This document shows, in pieces, positions 1-9,910 of a stretch of 64,000 nt of DNA. A program made the translations under genes and the position numbers. This DNA is from Patescibacteria group bacterium (lineage in GTDB: Bacteria > Patescibacteriota > Patescibacteriia > XYB2-FULL-38-15). The notes under the pieces were generated by a model, which saw only the letters and a list, made by a program, of their open reading frames with translations, made no database searches and was not told the DNA's origin. The stretch spans positions 191,061-255,060 of the forward strand of contig JBGSRW010000008.1 in NCBI GenBank assembly GCA_041737355.1, in the 5' to 3' direction. Within the stretch, counting starts at the first letter, position 1; every line of letters starts with the position of its first letter.

Positions 1-67
1 TCCTTTTTTCTACTGTAATTTTTATTAATTTTTAACGTTATACGAACAAAGGCTAACAAATACCAAT

Positions 68-640
68 ATGGACCGCGAATTAGAAAGACAATTGATCAAA
101 AAGGCCCAGGAGAATATCGCCGCCTTCGAAGAGCTGTATAACCACTATCTACCGAGAATTTACGGATTTCTTCTGAACAGAACCGGCCAAAAAGAACTCG
201 CCGAGGACCTGACTTCGGAAGTTTTTGCCAAGGCCCTGGCCAATCTCCCCCGATACGACGACCGAGGTATAACTTTTGCCGCTTGGCTTTTCAAAATTGC
301 CCGAAACTCCTTGATTGACTTTTCAAGAAAGAAAAAGGAAATACTTGTTGACTCTACCGAAATTTACGAACCGGAAAACAGCCGCCACGAACAGAGCGCG
401 ATCGGCAGCCTCGAACAGGACGAAAAAAATGTTTTGATCAGAAAAACACTCGGCCATCTCCCGGAAAAATATCAGACCGTTCTGTCGCTCAAATTTTTTG
501 AAGAACTTTCCAACGATGAAATCGCCGAAATTGTCGGATGCGGCAAAAGCGCCGTAGCCGTCCGAGTCCATCGCGCCCTAAAAATGATGCAAAAATACCT
601 CCTCAACAATCCTGAATTCATGGAAATAAATCTCCAATAA
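68..640 (+). CDS. ECF (sigma-70 group 4) RNA polymerase sigma factor
   Basis: Region 2 AEDLTSEVFAKA...FAAWLFKIARN and region 4 HTH LSNDEIAEIVGCGKSAVAVRVHRA. Confidence 0.92.
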   Translation: MDRELERQLIKKAQENIAAFEELYNHYLPRIYGFLLNRTGQKELAEDLTSEVFAKALANLPRYDDRGITFAAWLFKIARNSLIDFSRKKKEILVDSTEIYEPENSRHEQSAIGSLEQDEKNVLIRKTLGHLPEKYQTVLSLKFFEELSNDEIAEIVGCGKSAVAVRVHRALKMMQKYLLNNPEFMEINLQ

Positions 641-644
641 AAAT

Positions 645-2510
645 ATGTTTAATTTTTTTAGAAAAAAATCCGACGCCCTGGATAAAGCATGGGAAGACAA
701 AAAACCGGAAACTCTCGGCGCCCGGGAAAAATTGCTGTATTCCTTGGCGAACGGACTCCGAAAAACAAGAATTATGCCGCCGGAGAAAGCTACTATCCCT
801 TCCGACGCGCAAAACCGCATCAAGGAAAATTTTTATTTAAAATATTTTAATCTTATTGGCTCCCGCCAAACCGCCCAGAATCTTCTCGAAAAGGAAGACT
901 CAAGGCTGGCGGAACCAAAAGAAAAAGAAACTATGACCATTCAACCAAAAATGAAAATGGCCCTTCTTTACGCCGGAGTAGCTGTGATCGTCCTGGCTTT
1001 AGCTTTGGGTTACTATTTCACCCGCGGTCCGGCGGAGGATAACGGAAATTTGGCTTTAGCGGCGCACCTTTCAGTTGCCGACGGCTCCGTTGAAACGTGG
1101 GACGGCAGCGGATGGAAAGCTGTCGTCTCAGGGGAAACTTTGGGCAGCCAATCTCAACTTAGAACCGGCAAGGATGCCAAAGCGGTTTTGGAATTTGACG
1201 AAGGAAGCGCCCTGCGTCTCGACGAAAACACTCACGTTATTCTTGAAGAAATCAACAACCAAAAAATCACCGTTCTTCAGGTTGCCGGAGAAACTTATAG
1301 CCGAGTCAACAAAACATCAAACCTGACTTATAACGTAAAAACGGGAAATACCGAAACGGTCGCCGTGGGAACCGCCTTTGGAGTAGCCACCGAAGCTTCC
1401 AACTGGGTCAAAAAAGGCGAAAAAAAAGTAATAGTCAAGGTTGTTGAAAGTAAAGTTAAAGTAAAAATTATCAAAAACGAAGAAGCTCTTGAAAAAGAAG
1501 TCAGCGAAGGCGAGGAACTCATAGTCGATATGGCCAAACCAATCGAAGATTCCGCGAAAAAAATACCGCTTCCTAAAGAGGAAACGGTGCAAGACGGATT
1601 TTTCGCATGGAACCGCGACGAGGATAATAAGGAATCCTACCCCCTGGGAATTTTAAGTGACATGACTCCCCCGGAAATAAAAATCTCCGAGCCCCTCGAC
1701 GGAATCAAAACCGAACTCTACAAAGTCGCCGTTAAAGGTACAACTGAGTCCGACGCAAAAATATGGGTCGGCGGAATGGAAACAAAAAATGCCGAGGGAA
1801 ATTTTGAAAAAATTATAACTTTAAAAACCGGAGAAAATAAAATCACGGTTAAGACAAAAGACGACTCCGGCAATACCGCCGAGAAAACGATTACCGTAAT
1901 AAAAGAAGGACCGACGGTTCAGGTGTCGCCTCTCTATCTGAAGGGATGGACCGGAACGGACGGGATCCATTTATCTTGGACTCTCTCGGGAATAACGGCG
2001 CCAAAAGGATTCAAGCTTGTTAAGTCTCTGGACGCTTACCCGGCATACCCCGGCGATTCGGCGGTTTATCTCAATCCTGAAACTAGAAGTTATCTCTGGC
2101 AAATCAACGACGGCAAGACTTGGCATTTCAGGGTTTGCATTTACGAAGGCGGTTCTTGCGGTGCCTACAGCAACGACATTAGGGTAACATCAAAATCATC
2201 AAAAGAAACCGGTAACAGCGATGTTTATGGCACCCTTGCTCTTACCGGATGGGTTAAAACCGAAAGAATTATTTATCTTTCTTGGGCTCTCTCCGGCAAC
2301 GCCCCTTATGGGTACAAACTCGTAAAATCAACTATTGCCAATCCATCTTATCCCGGCAATGAAGCCATATATATTTCCTCAACCGACCTGAAAGGCGGCT
2401 ACGCTTGGGATGTCAAGAATCCCGGAACATACCATTTCCGCGTCTGCGCCTACAACGGCGGTGGCGGATGCGTCTTCTACAGCAACGACTACTCGATAAC
2501 AGTTCAATAA
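645..2510 (+). CDS. Putative anti-sigma factor: TM helix, FecR-like domain, Ig-like domain, two C-terminal FN3-like repeats
   Basis: Directly downstream of ECF; TM LLYAGVAVIVLALALGYYF; FecR-like LRTGKDAKAVLEFDEGSALRLDENT...AVGTAF; two repeats LSWxLSG...KLVKS...YPG...HFRVCxY...C..YSN. Confidence 0.7.
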   Translation: MFNFFRKKSDALDKAWEDKKPETLGAREKLLYSLANGLRKTRIMPPEKATIPSDAQNRIKENFYLKYFNLIGSRQTAQNLLEKEDSRLAEPKEKETMTIQPKMKMALLYAGVAVIVLALALGYYFTRGPAEDNGNLALAAHLSVADGSVETWDGSGWKAVVSGETLGSQSQLRTGKDAKAVLEFDEGSALRLDENTHVILEEINNQKITVLQVAGETYSRVNKTSNLTYNVKTGNTETVAVGTAFGVATEASNWVKKGEKKVIVKVVESKVKVKIIKNEEALEKEVSEGEELIVDMAKPIEDSAKKIPLPKEETVQDGFFAWNRDEDNKESYPLGILSDMTPPEIKISEPLDGIKTELYKVAVKGTTESDAKIWVGGMETKNAEGNFEKIITLKTGENKITVKTKDDSGNTAEKTITVIKEGPTVQVSPLYLKGWTGTDGIHLSWTLSGITAPKGFKLVKSLDAYPAYPGDSAVYLNPETRSYLWQINDGKTWHFRVCIYEGGSCGAYSNDIRVTSKSSKETGNSDVYGTLALTGWVKTERIIYLSWALSGNAPYGYKLVKSTIANPSYPGNEAIYISSTDLKGGYAWDVKNPGTYHFRVCAYNGGGGCVFYSNDYSITVQ

Positions 2511-2516
2511 GAGTAT

Positions 2517-2550
2517 AAAAAACACGGCCCAGCCAAGGGCCGTGTTTTTT
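2517..2550. terminator. Bidirectional intrinsic terminator
   Basis: AAAAAACACGGCCC-agccaa-GGGCCGTGTTTTTT perfect inverted repeat between convergent genes. Confidence 0.9.
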
Positions 2551-2563
2551 ATACTTTCTATTT

Positions 2564-2830
2564 TTATTTTTTCCAAAACGCTTCAGCCTCTTTTTCCATT
2601 GCTTCAAGGCGGGTGTAATAATCGGAAAACTCCTTCAGATGTGCCAGAGCTATCTTCCCAGTTGTAAGAGGATCGTCGTTTGTCACGTTGGTATGCGGAT
2701 CGCGCGTGCCGTGCTCCAATTCCACGTCCATTCCCATTCTGAATTGTTCAACATCGAATTTGCTCCAATCGATTCCCAGCTCCTCGCCGATTTTTTTAGC
2801 TTCTTCAGCGGTAAAAGTTTCTTTTGGCAT
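2564..2830 (-). CDS. DUF5661 family protein
   Basis: FRMGMDVELEHG...TNDDPLTTGKIALAHLKEFSDYYTRL signature. Confidence 0.8.
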   Translation of the reverse strand: MPKETFTAEEAKKIGEELGIDWSKFDVEQFRMGMDVELEHGTRDPHTNVTNDDPLTTGKIALAHLKEFSDYYTRLEAMEKEAEAFWKK

Positions 2831-2846
2831 AAAATTTAATAAATTA

Positions 2847-4601
2847 TTATTTAACGCTTTTGATTGATATATCTTCAGCTATCACTTCTGGCTCTTTCGC
2901 GGCGGAAAAATCAAAAAGATCGGTTTGTTTTTTTTCGTAACCGTCCTTAGTCACGGTAAGATAAAATTTGCTCTTACCCACCATAAAATTATACCGTCCA
3001 CGGCCGTCGGCCACCTTTGAATCGAGAAGTTTATCATAGGGCATAGCGAAAATCCGGAGAACCGCTCCCGGGACCGGTTCGTTTTCTTTTTCCGCGCGGA
3101 CCAGCCCCCAATTTTTTGGAGCTTTTACCGTAGCGAAGCGGCGGAAAAAAAGATAGACGGCAATTCCTAAAAAAAGCAAAAGACCGACGAACCAAGACGG
3201 TTTTATTATATAAGAAATAAATCCGAGGGCAGGACCGGCTAAAGCTACATATCCTTGAATTCTATGCCAGCGGTCTTTTTTAACGATCGCGGAATTTTCC
3301 AAATCTTTCGCAGTCGGATCAAGCGGGATATTCGGAGTAATCACGGCTCCTTCGGCCCCGACTTCAATCGTTTCCCCATGATATAAATCTAAATATTGAC
3401 CTTCTTCTTTTTTGCCTTTCGTGAAAACGCTTGGAAAATTAAAATTATTCTTAGCAGCTTCCAGGCGGTATTTTCCGGCAGGAACCAAAAAGGAAAAACT
3501 CCCCGCCTTGTCGGTTACTTCGCTTGCTAAAATCCTTCCGCTTTCCGCTTCGCGCAATCTGACAATAGCCAAATCCTCGGGAAGGCGCGAGAGGGAATTG
3601 TAAACCGTTCCCCAGGCTTTCCTCTTCCGTCTCCTGAATAAAAGCAGCGGCTGGCTGATAAAAAACAAAAGGTACCGCAAAAAATCGACGGAAAGAGTGG
3701 CTTGGGCGGCGAACGCCGAATTGGCTACCGCAACGGCGGCGGCGGCCGGAGCGACGCCTTTTTCGGCTATAGCTTCAACAGTCGGATTATCCAAAAAAGA
3801 ATTTCCACCGGAAGCCGAGATTCTTATTGCTACCGTTTCCCATTTTCCGGAACCTCCGGCCGAGGCGACTTTGACAAGGCCGATTCCCCTGACCCACCAC
3901 TCGTCCATAACTACACTCGTCGATGAGGCGGGAAAATTTATTGAAGGGTCTGACGTGCCGGCAGACCCTCTCCCCGACGCCGTCGGGAATTTTATCCCCG
4001 GCATAGACATATCAATGGAACTTTCTACCCTTATCTTCAGGGCCACGTAAGTGCCGGCGGGAACAGTTATTTTTTCTTCCTTGACCACCTTGTTTGTGGA
4101 TTTAACGGTCATTTTAATTCCGCCGAAACCGCCGGGCATTTCCGCTCCTTCAAATTTAGATGACATGGTATATTTAGTGGTCCAGACCGAACCAACTTTG
4201 ACGTCTTTCGGCATTAAATCCCCTTCCACACCTTCCGTATCGCTTCTCATCTCCACTCCTCCCGTTCCCGAAGTCAAATTCATGTATGTATCGGTTGTTA
4301 TACGACCGTTCTCGCAAAATAGATTTTGCGTCATTGTCATGCCTTTTTTTGTGCCGAAAATATATTCTATTTTGGCCGAGCCGGTAGCCGTTTCAAGAAC
4401 TTTCATGGTGTATGAACTTTCCCCGCCGGCTCCGGAATTTCTATATTCAATTTCGTCCCCCGCCCGGAGCGGAAAATAAGGATTATCGCACATATCTCCA
4501 GCCGCCCTGATTTTTTGAAAGGGAAAAACGAAACCGCAACAGGTAATTAGAATCACCCCCGCCAGGAAATGAAGACTTGTCTTAAGGTTCTCTTTTTTCA
4601 T
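2847..4601 (-). CDS. Secreted/membrane protein with carboxypeptidase-regulatory-like domains
   Basis: Signal peptide, beta-rich N-domain (NPYFPL...ITVPAGTY...WWVRGIGLVK), TM segments, two WG.V...VTDKAGSFSFLVPAGKY-like domains. Confidence 0.65.
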   Translation of the reverse strand: MKKENLKTSLHFLAGVILITCCGFVFPFQKIRAAGDMCDNPYFPLRAGDEIEYRNSGAGGESSYTMKVLETATGSAKIEYIFGTKKGMTMTQNLFCENGRITTDTYMNLTSGTGGVEMRSDTEGVEGDLMPKDVKVGSVWTTKYTMSSKFEGAEMPGGFGGIKMTVKSTNKVVKEEKITVPAGTYVALKIRVESSIDMSMPGIKFPTASGRGSAGTSDPSINFPASSTSVVMDEWWVRGIGLVKVASAGGSGKWETVAIRISASGGNSFLDNPTVEAIAEKGVAPAAAAVAVANSAFAAQATLSVDFLRYLLFFISQPLLLFRRRKRKAWGTVYNSLSRLPEDLAIVRLREAESGRILASEVTDKAGSFSFLVPAGKYRLEAAKNNFNFPSVFTKGKKEEGQYLDLYHGETIEVGAEGAVITPNIPLDPTAKDLENSAIVKKDRWHRIQGYVALAGPALGFISYIIKPSWFVGLLLFLGIAVYLFFRRFATVKAPKNWGLVRAEKENEPVPGAVLRIFAMPYDKLLDSKVADGRGRYNFMVGKSKFYLTVTKDGYEKKQTDLFDFSAAKEPEVIAEDISIKSVK

Positions 4602-4605
4602 AAAA

Positions 4606-5256
4606 TTATTTTTTTTCTTTTTTAAAAACCAGGTAGCTGTAAATTACTGTAATGGCGGCAGCCGATAAAACGCTTGATATTAAAACGATGAAACTTGCCA
4701 CTCCGCCAAAAAATGCGGCTAAAAAACTGATAACCCCGGCAACAGTAAAAATCTTTCCGCCGAAATAGTGCGTCTTTTTCCAATTTTCGTCGGAGACAAG
4801 CGTCCATGGGGTTCGGATACCGATGAAAAAATTCCTTTTAAGTTGCGGCAAAATCCAGCCGATAAAGCAAAAGAGCAAGGAAAGCGGGATGGCGAATACC
4901 AAATTTATTCCGGGCGGTGCGGATCGCATCGAGGCGTAAACCAAAAAGGCGTGAATGTAAATAAAGAAAAAAATCAAAAAAATCTTGAAATATCCGTACG
5001 GTTTGGCAAATGATTCATAGTTTTTCCGGAGAGGATCAACCGCCGGCAAAAAAGACATCAGAAGATAGAAGAATAAAGCTATGCCGGGCGTCAGGAATAA
5101 ATTGATATATTTCGAACCCCACCCGTCAACTTCCCCTTTAATATTCCAATGAGTGGGAACCTTGTCCGGCAAAGACGGGATAAGGACAAAACTGGAAACA
5201 AGAACGAGAAGGAGGAGGGCCAGTATCAGCCAGTCAATTTTTTTCCAAAATTTCAT
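4606..5256 (-). CDS. SdpI/DUF1648 family membrane (immunity) protein
   Basis: LPDKVPTHWNIKGEVDGWGSK and KRNFFIGIRTPWTLVSDENWKKTH motifs. Confidence 0.88.
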   Translation of the reverse strand: MKFWKKIDWLILALLLLVLVSSFVLIPSLPDKVPTHWNIKGEVDGWGSKYINLFLTPGIALFFYLLMSFLPAVDPLRKNYESFAKPYGYFKIFLIFFFIYIHAFLVYASMRSAPPGINLVFAIPLSLLFCFIGWILPQLKRNFFIGIRTPWTLVSDENWKKTHYFGGKIFTVAGVISFLAAFFGGVASFIVLISSVLSAAAITVIYSYLVFKKEKK

Positions 5257-5311
5257 AGTTTTATAACTTAAAATTGATTAAACTATTCAGCTATTATATC
5301 ACCAAATACGC

Positions 5312-5340
5312 CTTGACAAAAACGGCTCCGGGGAATAAGT
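5312..5340 (+). promoter_or_regulatory. sigma70-type promoter
   Basis: TTGACA-17nt-TAAGTT followed by SD AGGAGGAG before ATG 5370. Confidence 0.55.
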
Positions 5341-5369
5341 TTAATCTTGGAAAGATAAGGAGGAGAGGC

Positions 5370-5795
5370 ATGGAAGAGAACGGACATGAAGGCGAAGGCC
5401 TTTTCAATTTTGCCTTCGAACAGTTTGAGTACCACCGGAAAAACAACCCGGAAATTACCAAGGCTATCGACGAATTTTGCTGCGGCGCCGGACGAAACGA
5501 ATCGGCGCGGGTGATGTTCCCGGTCTTCTACGCCTTGAGGAGTATCGGTGAGGACGGCGCGTCTGTTCCCCGCGTCTCGGCTGATTCGGCCCAAAAGGCC
5601 AAGGACGAACTTCGCGGAGCCGGAGAAGACGTTCTCGAGCTTCCGATATTCGATGAATTCCGCGGATCAGTCCGCCACTTCACCTTTTTCCTTGATGTTT
5701 CGGTAAGGGAAGAAGAACCGAACCGGAAGGCGAAGCTGCTCTTCGCCACCATCCTACGCATGATCCAAACCGAAAAAATGAGACGATCCGGCTAG
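5370..5795 (+). CDS. Hypothetical protein (GC-rich single-gene unit)
   Basis: ORF 5274-5795; start moved to ATG 5370 behind strong SD; followed by hairpin+T run. Confidence 0.65.
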   Translation: MEENGHEGEGLFNFAFEQFEYHRKNNPEITKAIDEFCCGAGRNESARVMFPVFYALRSIGEDGASVPRVSADSAQKAKDELRGAGEDVLELPIFDEFRGSVRHFTFFLDVSVREEEPNRKAKLLFATILRMIQTEKMRRSG

Positions 5796-5818
5796 AAAAA
5801 CGGGAGGACCGCCGCTAC

Positions 5819-5851
5819 GAGAGGCGCCCTTTGGGGAAGGCCTCTTTTTTA
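5819..5851 (+). terminator. Intrinsic terminator
   Basis: AGAGGC...GCCTCT stem followed by T run. Confidence 0.65.
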
Positions 5852-5916
5852 TTTGCCTATTGACAAAACAAACAAAATGTCCTAAGGTTTAGTGTCCATT
5901 CCGAAAGGAGGGCGAA

Positions 5917-6384
5917 ATGGCAAGTCCAAGCGCCGAAAGGCGCGAACACTGGCTCATGAACAGGTTCTACGAGAAGGTGACTGTCCTAAGGGACACGAAG
6001 TCTTGCGCAGCCAACTGGCTTGATGACTTCAGGGACAGTTTCGCGAAAATCTTCGGGGCCGACCCGACCAAGCTTTGGGATATCATGGCTTTCGACGCGG
6101 GTATTTACCTCATGCTTGAAACGGTCGGTAAGATGGAGGCCGAACGCCTCCTCCCGATGATCAGCAAATATGCCTATGAACAGGCCAAGCGTGAATGGGA
6201 CGGATCCGACGCGCGCGTCATGGTTCAGCGCGAAATGACCTTCGCTATGAACACTTCGCTGTGCGGAATCCTCGAATTCTTCAGCGCAACCCTGGATGGG
6301 CTGCCGCTCGAGAACGAAGGCGGCCGCGCCCACTGCTACAACGAGCTGGCGAAACTTTTCAGGATGATCCGGCTCTCGCGCTAG
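5917..6384 (+). CDS. Hypothetical protein (GC-rich single-gene unit)
   Basis: TTGACA-17-TAAGGT promoter upstream (~5859-5887), SD GAAAGGAGG, 155 aa ORF. Confidence 0.7.
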   Translation: MASPSAERREHWLMNRFYEKVTVLRDTKSCAANWLDDFRDSFAKIFGADPTKLWDIMAFDAGIYLMLETVGKMEAERLLPMISKYAYEQAKREWDGSDARVMVQREMTFAMNTSLCGILEFFSATLDGLPLENEGGRAHCYNELAKLFRMIRLSR

Positions 6385-6410
6385 AGCCGCTACTAAAAGG
6401 AGGCAAAACA

Positions 6411-6444
6411 AAAAAAGCATCCCCTCGCGAGGATGCTTTCTTTT
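6411..6444. terminator. Bidirectional terminator
   Basis: AAAGCATCC-cctcgcga-GGATGCTTT with A/T flanks between convergent genes. Confidence 0.8.
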
Positions 6445-6456
6445 ATTTTCTAAAAT

Positions 6457-6915
6457 TTACGCCGCTCTTTTGCCGGTTATCCTTTCCAGTGTCGCTTTGT
6501 GAGCCGCTTCCCTGGCTTTCTCTTTTTCTGTTAGGCCTTCCCTTTTCTTCAACATTTTCATCGCCGACTTATAAACCCCCTCGTTGAATTCTTCGGGCGA
6601 TACCCCTATTTTTGGACCAATTTTACCACTCTTTTCCCACTTAATATATTCCTCCAGTTCATTAACCCAAAACTTTCTTATGCTGTCCGCAGCCTGTTCG
6701 GCTCTTGCCGGATCCCCGCCTTCGCGGGCCAAAACCGATTTTACAAACTGCTCAGGAGTTATGGACCCCGTCTGCAGACCGCCAACATCCAAATTTTTTT
6801 CTTCCTCTTTTGAGCCGACGACTTCTAATTTTAGCTCATTATCCATATTTTTAGTTTTCTCCATTTTGTTATATTCCGCCATGACCTCTGACGGAACTTC
6901 GTCTTCGAAACCCAT
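6457..6915 (-). CDS. Hypothetical charged protein
   Basis: 152 aa ORF, host-like codon style, TTGCCA...TATTAT promoter-like sequence upstream. Confidence 0.65.
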   Translation of the reverse strand: MGFEDEVPSEVMAEYNKMEKTKNMDNELKLEVVGSKEEEKNLDVGGLQTGSITPEQFVKSVLAREGGDPARAEQAADSIRKFWVNELEEYIKWEKSGKIGPKIGVSPEEFNEGVYKSAMKMLKKREGLTEKEKAREAAHKATLERITGKRAA

Positions 6916-6978
6916 ATTTTATAAGTTAATACTTAGAAACATTCTATAATAACACAAAATCAAGGTTTTGGCAAGACC

Positions 6979-8163
6979 CTAAGCAACTCTCCTTCCCGGC
7001 GCCTTCTTTTTAGCCGATTTTTTTAATTCTATAACTTTAGCCGGCTTCGCTTTTTCCGGCTCCGCGCTGATAATTTCGGTCGCCCCCTTTGTTTCGGCAA
7101 TCCATTTTTTCAACGCTTTTTCGTCTTGAGGAGAAATTTCTTTAGCCGCCGTTTGCGCCGCATAAGCCTCTCTCACTCTTTCCAATGATTTAGCCATACG
7201 GTTCAATTGCAATTTGCTCCCCTTCTCCCCCTTGGCGAAGAAAGCCTCTTCCATTATTCCCGCGAGTTCCGGCAAACGCGCCTTAAATCCGGAAGAAATT
7301 TTTGGTTCAAACTTTCCGGCTTTTACCGCTTTCTCTAATTCTTTTGATTTTATCGGTTCAATGTCGTCCCAGGAAGCCACAGCCCTAACCTCGCCCGTCT
7401 TTTTAATTTTTTTCAAAGACACCGGTTCAACTTTTGCTTTCTCCATTTCTTCTTCGCCCGGCTCAATTACTTCCTCGGAAATAACTTCAACCGGCTTGAC
7501 CTCACCAATCGACGGTGGGGCTTCCGCTTCTTCCACTTCCTCGTCCAAGACTTCAACCGCTTTAATTTTTTCAATTGAAGGCGGCTGTTTTGCTTCATGC
7601 TCTTTAGCTATAGCTTCAAATTCCTCAACCGGGGGAAGTTTTTCCCCTTTGCCCGATTCATGAGCGCGAATAATCTCTTCCGTGGATGGAAGATTCAAGC
7701 TTGCCGGTTCGGCAACAAAAACTTTTATCTCCTCGTCCAGGTCGGCTTTTGCCGCTTCCGCTTCCTGCTCAATTTTCGCCTCCTCCGCTTTTGCTTCGGC
7801 CACAACCGGGGCCGCCTCGGCGCTTCCCGCCCCGGCCCGCGTCGCGCTCTCTTCAATCTTGGCCGGAATTTCGGCGCCCTTGTTTTTGATATAAATTATT
7901 TCTTCCTTGGCAACGCTTTCCATCCCTTCCGCGGTTTCCTTGGCCGCTTCCTTTTCCGCCGCGGCCGCTTCCATTTTTTCTTCGTGTTCAAAATAATCGT
8001 TCAAGCGCTCCCAATATTTGCCTATCCCGAATTGGTTAAAAAATCTTGAAACGGCGCCCGGCTTCTTCGGCGGCTTTTCCAATTTCGCCGGTTTTTCCTC
8101 TTCGGCCCTAGTTTTTTCTTGCGGTTCGGCGGCCTCTCCAACCCCGATTTTTTTCTCGTCCAT
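6979..8163 (-). CDS. Hypothetical Glu/Lys/Ala/Pro-rich low-complexity protein
   Basis: Long ORF (to 8184); likely start MDEKK at 8163. Confidence 0.7.
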   Translation of the reverse strand: MDEKKIGVGEAAEPQEKTRAEEEKPAKLEKPPKKPGAVSRFFNQFGIGKYWERLNDYFEHEEKMEAAAAEKEAAKETAEGMESVAKEEIIYIKNKGAEIPAKIEESATRAGAGSAEAAPVVAEAKAEEAKIEQEAEAAKADLDEEIKVFVAEPASLNLPSTEEIIRAHESGKGEKLPPVEEFEAIAKEHEAKQPPSIEKIKAVEVLDEEVEEAEAPPSIGEVKPVEVISEEVIEPGEEEMEKAKVEPVSLKKIKKTGEVRAVASWDDIEPIKSKELEKAVKAGKFEPKISSGFKARLPELAGIMEEAFFAKGEKGSKLQLNRMAKSLERVREAYAAQTAAKEISPQDEKALKKWIAETKGATEIISAEPEKAKPAKVIELKKSAKKKAPGRRVA

Positions 8164-8195
8164 AGTATTAAAATTAATAAACAATTAAAAAAATA

Positions 8196-8378
8196 TTAAC
8201 TCAGATTGAGTTTTTTACGTATTTTTTCCATCTGCTGTTTTTCTATTTTCCTGATTGCCCCTTCAATAACCTCCTTTTGCCGCGCGGTAAGACCGGCCAT
8301 AATCTCGGAAAACTTTTTATATGCTTTTTCGGCCCGGATTAATTTTTCCTCCCGGGCGATACCTTCTTTTGAAACCAT
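8196..8378 (-). CDS. Small helical hypothetical protein
   Basis: 60 aa ORF in operon orientation, ends MEKIRKKLNLS. Confidence 0.55.
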   Translation of the reverse strand: MVSKEGIAREEKLIRAEKAYKKFSEIMAGLTARQKEVIEGAIRKIEKQQMEKIRKKLNLS

Positions 8379-8443
8379 AAAGATGGCATTTATTTGCCTG
8401 TTTTTTAATTTTAACAGAAAAAAAACATGAAGTCAAAATAAAA

Positions 8444-8465
8444 ACTCCTTACTCGCGTAAGGAGT
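8444..8465 (-). terminator. Intrinsic terminator
   Basis: ACTCCTTAC-tcgc-GTAAGGAGT followed by T run on minus strand. Confidence 0.75.
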
Positions 8466-8803
8466 CATTCTCTCGGCGGAAGACCGTTCTTAAGCATCTT
8501 CAATTTCATTCTGGCCCAACCGTGCCCTCCGCCCTGCTCGTCAATAAGCCAGAGATGGCAAAGTATCGGGACTCTTTCCCCTGAAGCCAAATCGCTTGCC
8601 AGCAAAAAAATAACAATTTTTCTCAAGAATTCCAGGTCTTGCTTGGCGGCAGCAAATTCAGCTACCGTTAACCTGACGCTCCTCTCGTGCCATTTCACAA
8701 TTTCGACATAGATGGATATGGCCGCGAGAAGAAGGTCGTCAGGAGCATCGTTGAACCTAGCCCGGATTTTTTGCCGAAGATCCGGGGTCTCTCCTTCTTT
8801 CAT
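8465..8803 (-). CDS. Hypothetical protein (single-gene unit)
   Basis: TTGACG-16-TATAAT (8855-8828), SD GAGGAGG, ATG 8803. Confidence 0.6.
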   Translation of the reverse strand: MKEGETPDLRQKIRARFNDAPDDLLLAAISIYVEIVKWHERSVRLTVAEFAAAKQDLEFLRKIVIFLLASDLASGERVPILCHLWLIDEQGGGHGWARMKLKMLKNGLPPRE

Positions 8804-8879
8804 TTCCGTCCTCCTCTCGGTCAAATTATTATAACAAAAAAGAGGTTGTCGTCAACCCCTTTTTCACTAAGTTAAAAAT

Positions 8880-9905
8880 TTATTGCAGGTATTTCACCTT
8901 ATTGGCCTTGTGTTCTTCAAAATTCCTGCTGTAAATTGTCTGGCCGTCCTTCGCATGCAAGAAATACCAATAATTATTTGCCTTGGGATAAATTGCCGCC
9001 TTAATCGCCAAAAGACCGGGATTACCAATCGGTCCCTCAGGCAAACCTCTGTATTTATAAGTATTGTATGGAGAATCTATTTTCAAATCGTCCAAACTGG
9101 GCTGAGTTTCGTATTTTCCCGTCGCATAATTTACCGTGGCATCAGATTGTAAGGCAATCCCCTCGTCTATTCTCCTCCAAAAAATATCCGAAACCATTGC
9201 CATGTCGTTACCTACGGCTTCTTTTTCCAAAATAGAAGCCATGGTAATTATTTCAAAAATTGTTTTTTTCTGTTTTATAATCTCTTCTTTCAATTCAGCC
9301 GATAATTTCTCACCAAAATTATTCAGCATTTTTTTTATTATGTGTTTAGCCAAATCATTTTCTTCACCAGCCTCGGACCGAAGCTCGGGCGGCAGTTTGG
9401 CATAAATTCTATAAGTATCCGGAAAAAGAAAACCTTCAAGCCCAGCCCCGCCCGGCCTATCTTTCAGAAAATCATAATCCGTCTCGCTCGCCTTAAAATT
9501 TTCTAATCCTTTAAGAAAAATTTCTTCACTTAAAATATTTTCCTTTTCCAGATATTTCCCTATCTCCCCGTTATTCCACCCTTCAAGTATTTTTATATCC
9601 CTCTCGTCGGGGCCGCTTGTTTTCGTCAAAACGTCCGCAATTTCCCAAAGGCGCATATTTTTGCGGAGATTATGCTCACCGGCCTGAAAATTGCTTTGAA
9701 TTTTTTTTAGCCAAACGTATGTTTCAAAAAATATTTTGTTCCTGACGAATCCTTCTTTTTCAAGATTTTGACTTATAGTATTAACTCCCTCGCCTTTTGC
9801 TATAACAAAAATTTTCTCGCCAGACTCCCCGCTCGGCGGAGTAAGTAAAAACCAAACGACGGCAGCGACGGCGACTATGATTGCTAAAGAAAAAATTTTT
9901 TTCAT
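8880..9905 (-). CDS. mltG: Endolytic murein transglycosylase MltG
   Basis: LEGFLFPDTY, ASILEKE, LQSDATV, SPYNTYKYRGLPEGPIGNPG. Confidence 0.95.
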   Translation of the reverse strand: MKKIFSLAIIVAVAAVVWFLLTPPSGESGEKIFVIAKGEGVNTISQNLEKEGFVRNKIFFETYVWLKKIQSNFQAGEHNLRKNMRLWEIADVLTKTSGPDERDIKILEGWNNGEIGKYLEKENILSEEIFLKGLENFKASETDYDFLKDRPGGAGLEGFLFPDTYRIYAKLPPELRSEAGEENDLAKHIIKKMLNNFGEKLSAELKEEIIKQKKTIFEIITMASILEKEAVGNDMAMVSDIFWRRIDEGIALQSDATVNYATGKYETQPSLDDLKIDSPYNTYKYRGLPEGPIGNPGLLAIKAAIYPKANNYWYFLHAKDGQTIYSRNFEEHKANKVKYLQ

Positions 9906-9910
9906 ATTTA

